Source: Candidatus Latescibacterota bacterium (GTDB lineage: Bacteria; Latescibacterota; UBA2968; UBA8231). Taken from it: DNA of 64,000 nucleotides. Numbering within the stretch: position 1 is the stretch's first letter; the number at the start of each line of letters is the position of its first letter. Below, piece by piece: positions 55,687 through 64,000 of the stretch. The position numbers were made by a program, and so were the translations under genes. The notes beneath the pieces were generated by a model that saw only the letters and a program-made list of their open reading frames with translations, did not search any database and was not told where the DNA came from. The DNA lies in contig CBDCXV010000010.1 of the NCBI GenBank assembly GCA_965223905.1, positions 2,116,941 through 2,180,940 of the forward strand, given 5' to 3'.

Positions 55687-57201
55687 ATGATCGACATAGG
55701 AACGACGAAGCAGCTCTTCTTCGACGACTACCTGATCGAGAGCCTGACCAACGCCAGGCAGGGCATGAACCCGGCGGTCAAGGTGGACGACAACCCCATC
55801 CTGCGGCCGGAGCGAGCCTGGGAGGGAAACCACATGAGGCCCTTGAAAGTGGTTTTCGACTCCGAGGATCAGGTCTTCAGGATGTGGTACAACGCATCGA
55901 CCAGCTCTGTGCGGCTCGAAAACGGCAAGCCCGTTCCCGGTGGCGCTGCCGGTTTCGAGCTGGACACACGGGGTTCAGTGATCTGCCTCGCCCTCTCCCG
56001 GGACGGCCTCCACTGGGAGCGGCCCTCGCTCGGGCTCGTGGAGTTCGAGGGATCGAAGGACAACAACATCCTCCCCGAAAAAGGGGATTTGCCCACCCAC
56101 CCGGATTTCAGAGACCCGCACGAGACAGACCCCGCCAAGCTGTACAAGGCCATGCGCCTGACCGGCGGCACACAGACGCGGGGCATGCAGTACGATCTGT
56201 TCTATTCCGCCGACGGATTCGACTGGACTCCCTGCGAAGACAACCCCGTCATCGACACCGGGCAGGAGCTGGGACGCTGGTCGGGCCGCTTCCAGGGATG
56301 GGACCCCATACGCGAGACCTACTACGTCACCATGGAGGCCAGTCACCACTGGCGGGGTCCCTACGGCAAGCGCCTGGTAGGCAAGGCGGAAAGCCCGGAC
56401 ATGATCCACTGGAGCGAGCCCGAGATCATCCTGGTGCCGGACCGGGAGGACTTCCCGGACACGGAGTTCTACAGCATGCCGGTCCTGCCCTACGAAAGAG
56501 TCTACGTCGGACTGCTGTGGATCTTTCGCACCACAAACGTCACCCATCACCCGGAGCTCGTTTTCAGCCGGAACGGGTTCCACTACCAGCGCAACTTCCG
56601 GGAGCCGTTCATTCCCCGGGGAGGCGCCCGGGGGGACTTCGACTCGAGCAGCGTCTACGCGCAGGACGCCATCGTGCACGGGGACCGCATACTCACCTAC
56701 TACATCGGCACCAACAGCCGCTCTCCCGAGATCGCCCTGGAACTGGGCGACAAGGGGACGACCGGCATAGGCCTGGCGGTCTCGCGTCTCGACGGGTTCG
56801 TCTCCCTGGACAGCGGCAAGGGCTGGATAGTTTCCGACGTGTCCGAGGACGAGTTGGAGAAGACCACGGGTGAGGGGGTGCTCTTCACGGAACCGGAGTC
56901 ATTCGGTCAGATGGCAACCCGCCCGTTCCGCTTCTCAGGGTCGCGCCTGCACCTGAACGCGAGCATGGCGCCGGTCGCCGCCGGCCCGGGTCCCGGGGAA
57001 GTGCGGGTCGAGATTCTGAGGCCGAACTTCAAGAAGCTGCCCGGGTTCACCTTCGAAGACGCCGACCCGATGACCCGGTCCAGTCTGGACCATGCGGTTT
57101 CCTGGAACGGCAGTGCCGACGTCGGGGCGCTGGCCGGCCGCTCGATAAAGCTTCGGTTCTATTTCAAGAACGCCAAGCTTTACTCCTTTCAATTCAGGTA
57201 G
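55687..57201 (+). CDS. GH-like five-bladed beta-propeller protein, close paralogue of 33677-35224
   Basis: KQLFFDDYLIES, AESPDMIHWSE, FRTTN.THHP, LRFYFKNAKLYSFQFR shared with the paralogue. Confidence 0.75.
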   Translation: MIDIGTTKQLFFDDYLIESLTNARQGMNPAVKVDDNPILRPERAWEGNHMRPLKVVFDSEDQVFRMWYNASTSSVRLENGKPVPGGAAGFELDTRGSVICLALSRDGLHWERPSLGLVEFEGSKDNNILPEKGDLPTHPDFRDPHETDPAKLYKAMRLTGGTQTRGMQYDLFYSADGFDWTPCEDNPVIDTGQELGRWSGRFQGWDPIRETYYVTMEASHHWRGPYGKRLVGKAESPDMIHWSEPEIILVPDREDFPDTEFYSMPVLPYERVYVGLLWIFRTTNVTHHPELVFSRNGFHYQRNFREPFIPRGGARGDFDSSSVYAQDAIVHGDRILTYYIGTNSRSPEIALELGDKGTTGIGLAVSRLDGFVSLDSGKGWIVSDVSEDELEKTTGEGVLFTEPESFGQMATRPFRFSGSRLHLNASMAPVAAGPGPGEVRVEILRPNFKKLPGFTFEDADPMTRSSLDHAVSWNGSADVGALAGRSIKLRFYFKNAKLYSFQFR

Positions 57202-57460
57202 GATGATACCCGGTTCTGCGGGCACCGGATGACGAGGAGCCCCGGCGACGATGCCGGCCGGCGGCAATCAAACAGCTTCGCCAACATCCTCACCCGAACT
57301 GCCCCCACCCTGCCGACCTGGAAGATATCGCGGTTTCCCTCCAGCGCGGACGGCCGGGTCTTCTCGTCACCCACCAGGCGGCCGAACTTCTCGACAGGGC
57401 TGACCGCTGAAGGGATTGAGCATCCACGGTACCGAAGCGCAAAGGGAAGCCGAGCGTCGC

Positions 57461-58282
57461 ATGACAACCCCGACCTGTTTTACCCTCGCGCTGCTTGCGG
57501 CCGTACCGGCCATCCCGGAAGACGTGAGCCTCGACTTGCTTGTCGGTGAATGGCTCAACACCGAATACCTCGACAGCCTGGAAACGACCCGATCTCCAGT
57601 GAAGGTGCTGCTCGATGAGAACACGCGTTGGACCGCTCTCTATTTCTCGCGCGGGGATCGGTACTTCGAGTGGAAGCAGGCGATTTCGTACCACGAGGGT
57701 GTAGTCCTCAGGATCACCGGGTTGCAGCCTGAACCGGAGTCCTGCATCTATCGAGTGCTCTACCATGACCGGCAGACGCACGGCCGCGTAACCGATGAAG
57801 ACCGTTTCATCATACCCCCCACCTCACCTCCGGGGGAGATCACGTGGCTGTTCGACGATTCGTACCCGGCCCCGCAAGAACGGCGCATCACATTCAGACG
57901 AGTCGAGCCGGACATCGAGGCGTTCGTCAACCGGACGGTGATTGCCGGAACCTACACCGATCAAAGGGGACGCTCCTTCAGGTTCGAGGAGACCGGCGAA
58001 GCAGCATGGCCGGATTCGACATTCTTCACGTACACTGTAGGACTCGATACGCATGGGGCAGCCGGCAAGTACGACGTTTTCCACGTTCCAGGGGATTCGG
58101 CCAGTGATCGGCGCCGGAAGACCTACGCATTCGAGTGGAAAAATGAAGGATTGTTGATCTCCTCGACCCGGGAAGCGGACATGACCAAACCTTTCACGCC
58201 CGGGCGTGACCCGCTTTGGATCCGCGACGAGAGTCCCCTCTTCATTCTGCAGACAGCCGATTCAGGGCCTGACCCGCAGTGA
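57461..58282 (+). CDS. Hypothetical exported protein
   Basis: MTTPTCFTLALLAAVPA signal-like N-terminus; no recognised domain. Confidence 0.55.
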   Translation: MTTPTCFTLALLAAVPAIPEDVSLDLLVGEWLNTEYLDSLETTRSPVKVLLDENTRWTALYFSRGDRYFEWKQAISYHEGVVLRITGLQPEPESCIYRVLYHDRQTHGRVTDEDRFIIPPTSPPGEITWLFDDSYPAPQERRITFRRVEPDIEAFVNRTVIAGTYTDQRGRSFRFEETGEAAWPDSTFFTYTVGLDTHGAAGKYDVFHVPGDSASDRRRKTYAFEWKNEGLLISSTREADMTKPFTPGRDPLWIRDESPLFILQTADSGPDPQ

Positions 58283-58346
58283 TTGACGCAACCGATTTCA
58301 TCGCCCCCATTCCAGCCTCAGCCAACCCGGACCGAGGAGGAGAAGG

Positions 58347-59387
58347 ATGGACATTCTCGAGCGCTACGTAGCCATCGACGACAAGTGCGCCTGGCCGAAC
58401 CTGACCCTCATGCCGGACGGCAGCATCGTGGCGACCATCTTCGGCGAGCCCTGTCACCAGCTGTGGGAAGGGTCGTCCGAATGCTGGATCAGCAGCGACG
58501 GAGGCAGGATCTGGTCCTTCCTCAGCGTTCCCGTCCACTGCGAACCGGGCCGCACCCGCGGCGACCTGGCCGCGGGTCTCACCCACGATGGAGCCTTCGT
58601 GGTCCTGTGCAGCGGTCGCAGGTTCGCGCCGCCCCGGGGCGAGCTGCTCGACAGGCCCAGAACCAGGGATGAGATAGGCAACCAGGAAGCGGTGGTCTGT
58701 CGTTCCACGGACGGGGGCAGAACCTGGACCAGGGAAGGGTCCATCCACTATCCCCCGAACGTGAACAATGCCGTCCCGTTCGGGGACGTGGTGAAGCTGC
58801 CGGGGAATCGTCTGGCCGTTTCCTGTTATTCGGCCAGGGACGACCGCGCCGAGGACGAAAGCGGCGACAGCGCCTGGATCTACTTCAGCGACGATGACGG
58901 GCGAACCTGGGGGGATGCCCGCCTTATCGGGACGGACCGGTACAACGAAACCGACCTGCTGGTCCTGGGGGAAGGTAAGCTGCTCGCTGCCAGCCGCACG
59001 GCGAGAACCGCCGAGACCGAGATCTTCGCCTCCGGCGACGGAGGGCAAACCTGGACCTGCCGCGGGCCGGTGACGCCGTCCAGGCATATGCCCGCCCATC
59101 TGCTGCAGCTCCAGGACCGATCGATCCTGCTCACCTACGGCGTGCGCCTGCGGGGCATGCTCGGCGTCTGCGCCATGATCAGTCGCGACGAAGGGGGCTC
59201 CTGGGACCATCCCCGTGTACTGTTCAACACCGACGTCTACCAGTCGGATACCAGTCCCATAGGGGTCGATGGCGGCTATCCCTCCAGCCTGCAGTTGGAA
59301 GACGGCACCATCCTCACCGCCTACTACTGCCAGCGCATTCCCATGCACCAGCGCTATCACATGGGTGTCGTTCTCTGGCGCGATTGA
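58347..59387 (+). CDS. BNR/Asp-box sialidase-like protein
   Basis: SSDGGRIW, STDGGRTW, SDDDGRTW, SGDGGQTW, SRDEGGSW; DGGYPSS. Confidence 0.85.
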   Translation: MDILERYVAIDDKCAWPNLTLMPDGSIVATIFGEPCHQLWEGSSECWISSDGGRIWSFLSVPVHCEPGRTRGDLAAGLTHDGAFVVLCSGRRFAPPRGELLDRPRTRDEIGNQEAVVCRSTDGGRTWTREGSIHYPPNVNNAVPFGDVVKLPGNRLAVSCYSARDDRAEDESGDSAWIYFSDDDGRTWGDARLIGTDRYNETDLLVLGEGKLLAASRTARTAETEIFASGDGGQTWTCRGPVTPSRHMPAHLLQLQDRSILLTYGVRLRGMLGVCAMISRDEGGSWDHPRVLFNTDVYQSDTSPIGVDGGYPSSLQLEDGTILTAYYCQRIPMHQRYHMGVVLWRD

Positions 59388-59522
59388 TCCTGGAAACCAG
59401 CACCCGGCGACCGGGACCATTTTCGCCCCAGGCCAGTGCCTGCGCGGGCAGGATTTCGCTTGAAGCCTTACTTCCCGCAGGCTACGATAGCATCTCGCAA
59501 ATCACCGTATGGAACCGCAGAC

Positions 59523-60281
59523 ATGACTGACGATCTCGATCCGAGACGGCACCTGGAACTCGAAGGCACCGTCAACACGAGGGACATAGGGGGATACGCG
59601 ACCCGGGACGGGCGGCGGACCCGCTGGGGCAGACTGCTGCGGTCCGACTCCCTGCACCGGCTCTCACCACAGTCCCAGCAGGCCCTCCTCGATTTTGGCT
59701 TGCGTTCGGTTCTCGACCTGAGGAAGAGCCTGGAGATGCAGAAGAACCGCAACGTCTTCTTCAGCTCGGACAAGGTGAAGTACTACCACCAGAACATGGT
59801 CGGAGACACCCTGATTCGAGAGCGCGAAAGCATCCCGGAGTCGCTCGAATATGTCGAGCACATGCGCTGGTCCTACTCGGTGGTTCTCGACCGGCGCAAG
59901 TCTCACATACACGACACACTGTGCCTTCTGGCGCAGCCGGAGACGCTCCCCGCGCTCGTCCACTGCGCCGGCGGCACCGAAAGGACGGGGCTCATCGTCG
60001 CCCTGGTCCTGGGGATCGCCGGAGTGCCCGAGGAGACGATCGCCTCAGACTTCGCCCTCACCGCCCGCTTCTCCTACCGCCCCTATCTCGAGAGCCATCC
60101 AGAGCTCAGAGCCGGCGACTACACGTTGGAGGACCACCAGAATCGGGAGTGCCGGCCCGACACCATGCATGCCGTGCTCCGCACCCTCGAGGAGCGCTAT
60201 TGCGGCGTCGTCGGCTACGCCCGCAACATCGGCGTGAGCGAGGAGCAGATCCACTCGCTGCGCGAGGCCATTGTCGAATAG
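59523..60281 (+). CDS. Tyrosine-protein phosphatase family, paralogue of 45574-46350
   Basis: NTRDIGGY, VLDLR, HCAGGTERTG. Confidence 0.85.
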   Translation: MTDDLDPRRHLELEGTVNTRDIGGYATRDGRRTRWGRLLRSDSLHRLSPQSQQALLDFGLRSVLDLRKSLEMQKNRNVFFSSDKVKYYHQNMVGDTLIRERESIPESLEYVEHMRWSYSVVLDRRKSHIHDTLCLLAQPETLPALVHCAGGTERTGLIVALVLGIAGVPEETIASDFALTARFSYRPYLESHPELRAGDYTLEDHQNRECRPDTMHAVLRTLEERYCGVVGYARNIGVSEEQIHSLREAIVE

Positions 60282-60372
60282 GCAGCCGACTGCCGCTTCC
60301 CTGGCTGAGCTTGTCCCCTCGGTTCCGGAAATCGGGACAACCTCCAATTCGAAATCCCGTGAGATAGGTCTC

Positions 60373-61296
60373 ATGTCTGCGAGTCCCCGAACAACGAACC
60401 ACCCACAACCTGTCCGGATCGGTTTCATCGGCATTGGGAACATGGGACGCCTGATGGCGCGACATCTCCTCGATGGCGGTCACCAACTGAGCGTCTTCGA
60501 CATCGACAGCAATTCAGCCTCCGGCATACTCTCCCGCGGCGCTTCGTGGGCCGGGAGCCCGCGAGACGTCGCCGCGCGCAGCGAGATCGTCTTCACCTCC
60601 CTTCCCATGCCGCAAGACGTCGAAGCGGTTGCAACCGGCCCCGAGGGAATCCTCAGCGGGGCATCCGCGGGATCGATCATCTGCGATGTAAGCACTACCG
60701 ACCCCGATACGATCCGTCGAATCGATGCGGCGGCGCAGCCTGTGGGGGTGCAGGTGCTGGACGCCCCGGTCAGCGGGGGGACGACCGGGGCGCGGAACGC
60801 TGCCCTGTGCATCATGGTCGGAGGGGACGAAAGGGCATTCGCCCGCGCCAAGCCCGTCCTCGAGCTGTTGGGGAAAACCATCGTCCACTGCGGCGCCTTG
60901 GGGTCGGGCGCGGCCTGCAAGATCGCCAACAACCTCATCAACCTCGGCAGCTACTTTCTCGTGGCGGAGGCGTTCACTCTCGGCATCAAGGCGGGGGTGT
61001 CGACGCAGACACTCTTCGACGTCATCTCCAACAGCTCCGGGAACACGCAGTCGATGCAGGAATTCCCCGGCGGGCTGTTCGCGGGAAATTTCGACGAGGG
61101 GTTTGCGTTGGACCTGGCCGCAAAGGACGTTGGCCTGGCCACTCGGTTGGGCCGGCGATTGGGTTTGCCGATGGATTCAGCTGCCGGCATCGAGCAGCAA
61201 TACGCGGAAGCCCTGAGAAGAGGCTGGGGAAAGTTGTCAGCGGTCTCGGTGGTGCGTCTTCTGGAAGAACGAGCGAACGTCGAGATCCGAGGGTGA
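60373..61296 (+). CDS. NAD(P)-dependent beta-hydroxyacid dehydrogenase (3-hydroxyisobutyrate/tartronate semialdehyde reductase family)
   Basis: IGFIGIGNMG, DAPVSGG, K..NN, F...LA.KD. Confidence 0.9.
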   Translation: MSASPRTTNHPQPVRIGFIGIGNMGRLMARHLLDGGHQLSVFDIDSNSASGILSRGASWAGSPRDVAARSEIVFTSLPMPQDVEAVATGPEGILSGASAGSIICDVSTTDPDTIRRIDAAAQPVGVQVLDAPVSGGTTGARNAALCIMVGGDERAFARAKPVLELLGKTIVHCGALGSGAACKIANNLINLGSYFLVAEAFTLGIKAGVSTQTLFDVISNSSGNTQSMQEFPGGLFAGNFDEGFALDLAAKDVGLATRLGRRLGLPMDSAAGIEQQYAEALRRGWGKLSAVSVVRLLEERANVEIRG

Positions 61297-61523
61297 CCTG
61301 TTTTCGAGTATCTGCCAGTCCCGTACCATCTTGCAGTCCTTCCGCCGATCCCGGCTGGCGGCCGAATTGTTGCAATCAGTTTCCTGGACAGGACACTTGG
61401 CAGTGGTTGACACCTCTCCGATCATCGACCTCTTTCCCTCCGAATCAGCCCCTCCCAAATCCGGCAGAGCGATGACGGCCGCCGCCGTTCACACATCCGC
61501 CGGTCAGTCAGACCGAAGAAACC

Positions 61524-62447
61524 ATGGAAACGACAACCCTGGGAAAGACCGGGCTGGAAGTGAGCCGCCTCGGAATCGGCCTGTCCGAGATCGGTTACAT
61601 CCTGACCCGAGGCGACGAGGAACAGGCCGCCCGCGTCCTCAATTCGGCGCTGGACGCCGGCATCAACTTCCTCGACACCGCAGCCTGCTACGGCATCAGC
61701 GAAGAGCTGGTGGGCAAAACCGTGTCGCACCGCCGCAGCGAGTTCCTGCTGGCGACCAAGGCCGGGCACTACGTCCCTCGCGGGCAGGGCGAAGACTGGA
61801 CGTACGAGGTCGTCGCAAACAGCATCGACCGCAGCCTGCGGCTCATGAACACCGACTACCTCGATCTGGTGCAGTTGCACTCCTGCGGGATCGACGTGAT
61901 CGAGCGCGGCGACGTCACCCGGGCGCTGGAGGACGCCAGAGCAGCCGGAAAGACGCGCTTCATCGGGTACTCGGGGGACAACGACAACGCCGAATGGGCC
62001 GTTGACAACGGGCAGTTCGATACCCTGCAAACCTCGTTCAACCTGGTGGACCAGGGAGCGCGCAGGAAAATCCTTCCAGCCGCCGAAGCGATGGGTATGG
62101 GCATCATCATCAAACGGCCCATCGCCAACGCCGTCTGGGGCGCCGCGCAGGATCCCAGGCCGTACGCGCACCTACCCGAATACACCGCCGAGTACTATCG
62201 GCGCGCAGGGATGCTTCGAACCGAGGGACCGCTTCCGGAAGAGCCGGAGGACCGCATCCTGCTGGCGATGGGGTTCGCCTTCGGCCACCCGGAGGTCGAC
62301 GTGGCGATCATCGGCACGAAACAGCCCGAACACATGCTGGCGAACATCGAACTGGTGGCGAACCGGATGAAGATCGCCCCCGAGGCGGTCGAAGCTCTGC
62401 ACGATCGTTACGACCGTCTCGAAGAGGACTGGGAACAGTGCGGGTAG
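61524..62447 (+). CDS. Aldo/keto reductase
   Basis: LGKTGLEVSRLG.G, GINFLDTA..YG.SEE, ATK, SL..M.TDYLDL.QLH. Confidence 0.92.
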   Translation: METTTLGKTGLEVSRLGIGLSEIGYILTRGDEEQAARVLNSALDAGINFLDTAACYGISEELVGKTVSHRRSEFLLATKAGHYVPRGQGEDWTYEVVANSIDRSLRLMNTDYLDLVQLHSCGIDVIERGDVTRALEDARAAGKTRFIGYSGDNDNAEWAVDNGQFDTLQTSFNLVDQGARRKILPAAEAMGMGIIIKRPIANAVWGAAQDPRPYAHLPEYTAEYYRRAGMLRTEGPLPEEPEDRILLAMGFAFGHPEVDVAIIGTKQPEHMLANIELVANRMKIAPEAVEALHDRYDRLEEDWEQCG

Positions 62448-62514
62448 CGAGTCCAGGCGGCAGGACGGCTGCGATTCGCGTAACGATTTTTCAGGAAGGC
62501 GAGAAAACGCTGAA

Positions 62515-63702
62515 ATGACGGAATTTGGCGAACGCGCAGAAAGTGAACGGGGACGGGTACGCATCACCGGCGTCAAGGCCATGCAGCTGAGGAATTCCAC
62601 CGGGCAAAGCCTGGTGCGCGTGGACACGGACTCCGGTCTGTTCGGTATCGGCGAAGCGGGAGTTCGGGGTCCGATGTGCAGGGCGCACCTGGAATGGCTC
62701 GCAGGCAAGGTGCTCATGGGGGCCGACCCGCTCAACATCGACAAGCTCTATCACCAGATGATGGGGCTGCAGCACGCCTACCAGGCGCACGTACCTGTGG
62801 TCAGCGGCGTCGACATCGCCCTGTGGGACCTGGCGGGGAAGATCCTCGGCCTTTCGGTCAGCGAGCTGCTTACCGGCCGCTTTCGCGAGCGCGTCGACAT
62901 GTACTTCAACGGCGATCCCTCCGACTGGAGCGAGCGCTCCGCGGTCGACGACTTCGCCGCGGAATTCAAGGCCCATCCCTACGGGTTCCGCACCCTTAAA
63001 TGCAGCTTCCCGATGCCGGGGGAGGCGGATCTCTCGCGGCCGTTCGCCGGAGCGGAGCCGAATCAATCGCTGAAGGGGAGCGACCTGAAGATCATCCGGG
63101 ATGGAGTCGGGACCATGCGCGATGCCCTGGGGTGGGATTTCGACTTCATCACTCACTGTCATAACGAATGGGACGTGCCGACTGCGACCGGTATCTGTCA
63201 GGCCATCGAGGAATCGCGTCCCCTCTGGATAGAGGATCCGCTCCAGGTCTGGTCCTGCGACGGCTACCGGGCGCTCAGAGCGTCATCGCGGGTGCCGGTC
63301 TGCACCGGGGAGAAGATCGAGGGGTATCGCGATTTCTTCCCCTTTATCGTCGAAGGGTGCATCGACGTGCTGCATCCCGACTTGTGCTGGTGTGGCGGCA
63401 TCAGCGGCGGCCGCAAGATCGCCGAGCTCGCCGACCACTTCGGCCTTCCGGTAGCCCTCCACAACTGCGGCACCCTCGTTCACACCATGGCCAACGTCCA
63501 TTTCGGAGCCTGCGTGCGCAATTTCAGCATGAGCGAGACACGGCTGTACGAACACCGGTACATCGCCGACATGGGGGGGCTCGACGGCTTCGATATCGTC
63601 GACGGCAAGATTGCGGTACCGGACGGTCCCGGGTTGGGGATCGAGCTCGTGCCCGAGGTGTTGCGCGCCGAGCTCCCGAAGGACGAGCCTTTCTGGGAGT
63701 AG
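62515..63702 (+). CDS. Mandelate racemase/enolase superfamily protein
   Basis: TDSGLFGIGEA, SGVDIALWDLAGK, WIEDP, TGEK, HPD...GG, PGLGIE. Confidence 0.88.
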   Translation: MTEFGERAESERGRVRITGVKAMQLRNSTGQSLVRVDTDSGLFGIGEAGVRGPMCRAHLEWLAGKVLMGADPLNIDKLYHQMMGLQHAYQAHVPVVSGVDIALWDLAGKILGLSVSELLTGRFRERVDMYFNGDPSDWSERSAVDDFAAEFKAHPYGFRTLKCSFPMPGEADLSRPFAGAEPNQSLKGSDLKIIRDGVGTMRDALGWDFDFITHCHNEWDVPTATGICQAIEESRPLWIEDPLQVWSCDGYRALRASSRVPVCTGEKIEGYRDFFPFIVEGCIDVLHPDLCWCGGISGGRKIAELADHFGLPVALHNCGTLVHTMANVHFGACVRNFSMSETRLYEHRYIADMGGLDGFDIVDGKIAVPDGPGLGIELVPEVLRAELPKDEPFWE

Positions 63703-63789
63703 CCGATACAAGATCCATCCGCACCTCCCGCGCAGCCGCAGCACAACCCCCTCAACCGGAACCCCTGCCGTCGGCCTTGTATTCCCAGT

Positions 63790-64000
63790 GGGACCGGGGT
63801 GCGCATGCGCATGGACGACCGGCGGCGATGGGGACGACGTTTCCTTGAGCGCTTTTTGCGTTCGCTCAAATACGAAGCATCTGCTTGAAGGGGAACGAGA
63901 CGGATGTATAGATCCGGGACGGGGGTGAATCGCTATTAGAAAACAGCCGACGCTCCTTACCGATTGGCTTGGCGATTCCGGCCGGCGAGCTACTTCAGGA
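63790..64000 (+). mobile_element. Degenerate IS3-family transposase (integrase core) remnant
   Basis: Across frameshifts it reads GVRMRMDDRRRW.DDVFLERFLRSLKYE, matching the IS3-type pattern G.RISMDG.GR..DN.FIERLWRSLKYE. Confidence 0.6.

Noticed and set aside
57229-57410. Short open frame between genes (possible remnant)
   Set aside because: No recognisable motif or start signal; cannot be supported.

Overview
High-GC bacterial window, about 65% GC by eye with a lower-GC patch at about 15.5-24.6 kb. The gene content (many PhyH dioxygenases, enolase-superfamily dehydratases, cytoplasmic GH-like beta-propellers, BNR sialidase-like proteins, secreted proteins ending in a 'SW[AG]RIK' tail) suggests an uncultured Latescibacterota/Poribacteria-like MAG; this is inference. 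Most of the window is sugar/acid catabolism plus a few envelope genes (ExbB/ExbD, an M28-like/FtsX fusion, UPF0182, a DUF6785-like membrane protein). The standout is an accessory region at 14.9-26.3 kb. It holds a minus-strand cassette between ~660-bp direct repeats encoding two CxxC redoxins, an A24 prepilin-type peptidase, a small precursor with an Flp-pilin-like leader (F-x-x-DE-x-G) and a six-Cys defensin/scorpion-toxin-like core, a TolB/PD40 propeller and a CBM9/DOMON-like protein. This is a candidate undescribed system for prepilin-peptidase-matured, disulfide-rich peptides. It sits in a decaying tandem array of CBM9/DOMON-like genes that share the W[AG]RIK tail, with an IS1380 (4-bp TSD) and TolB remnants. 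IS110 and IS3 remnants lie elsewhere. I found no rRNA, tRNA or CRISPR. Several frameshifts may be long-read errors. All family calls are from motif recognition, not database searches.
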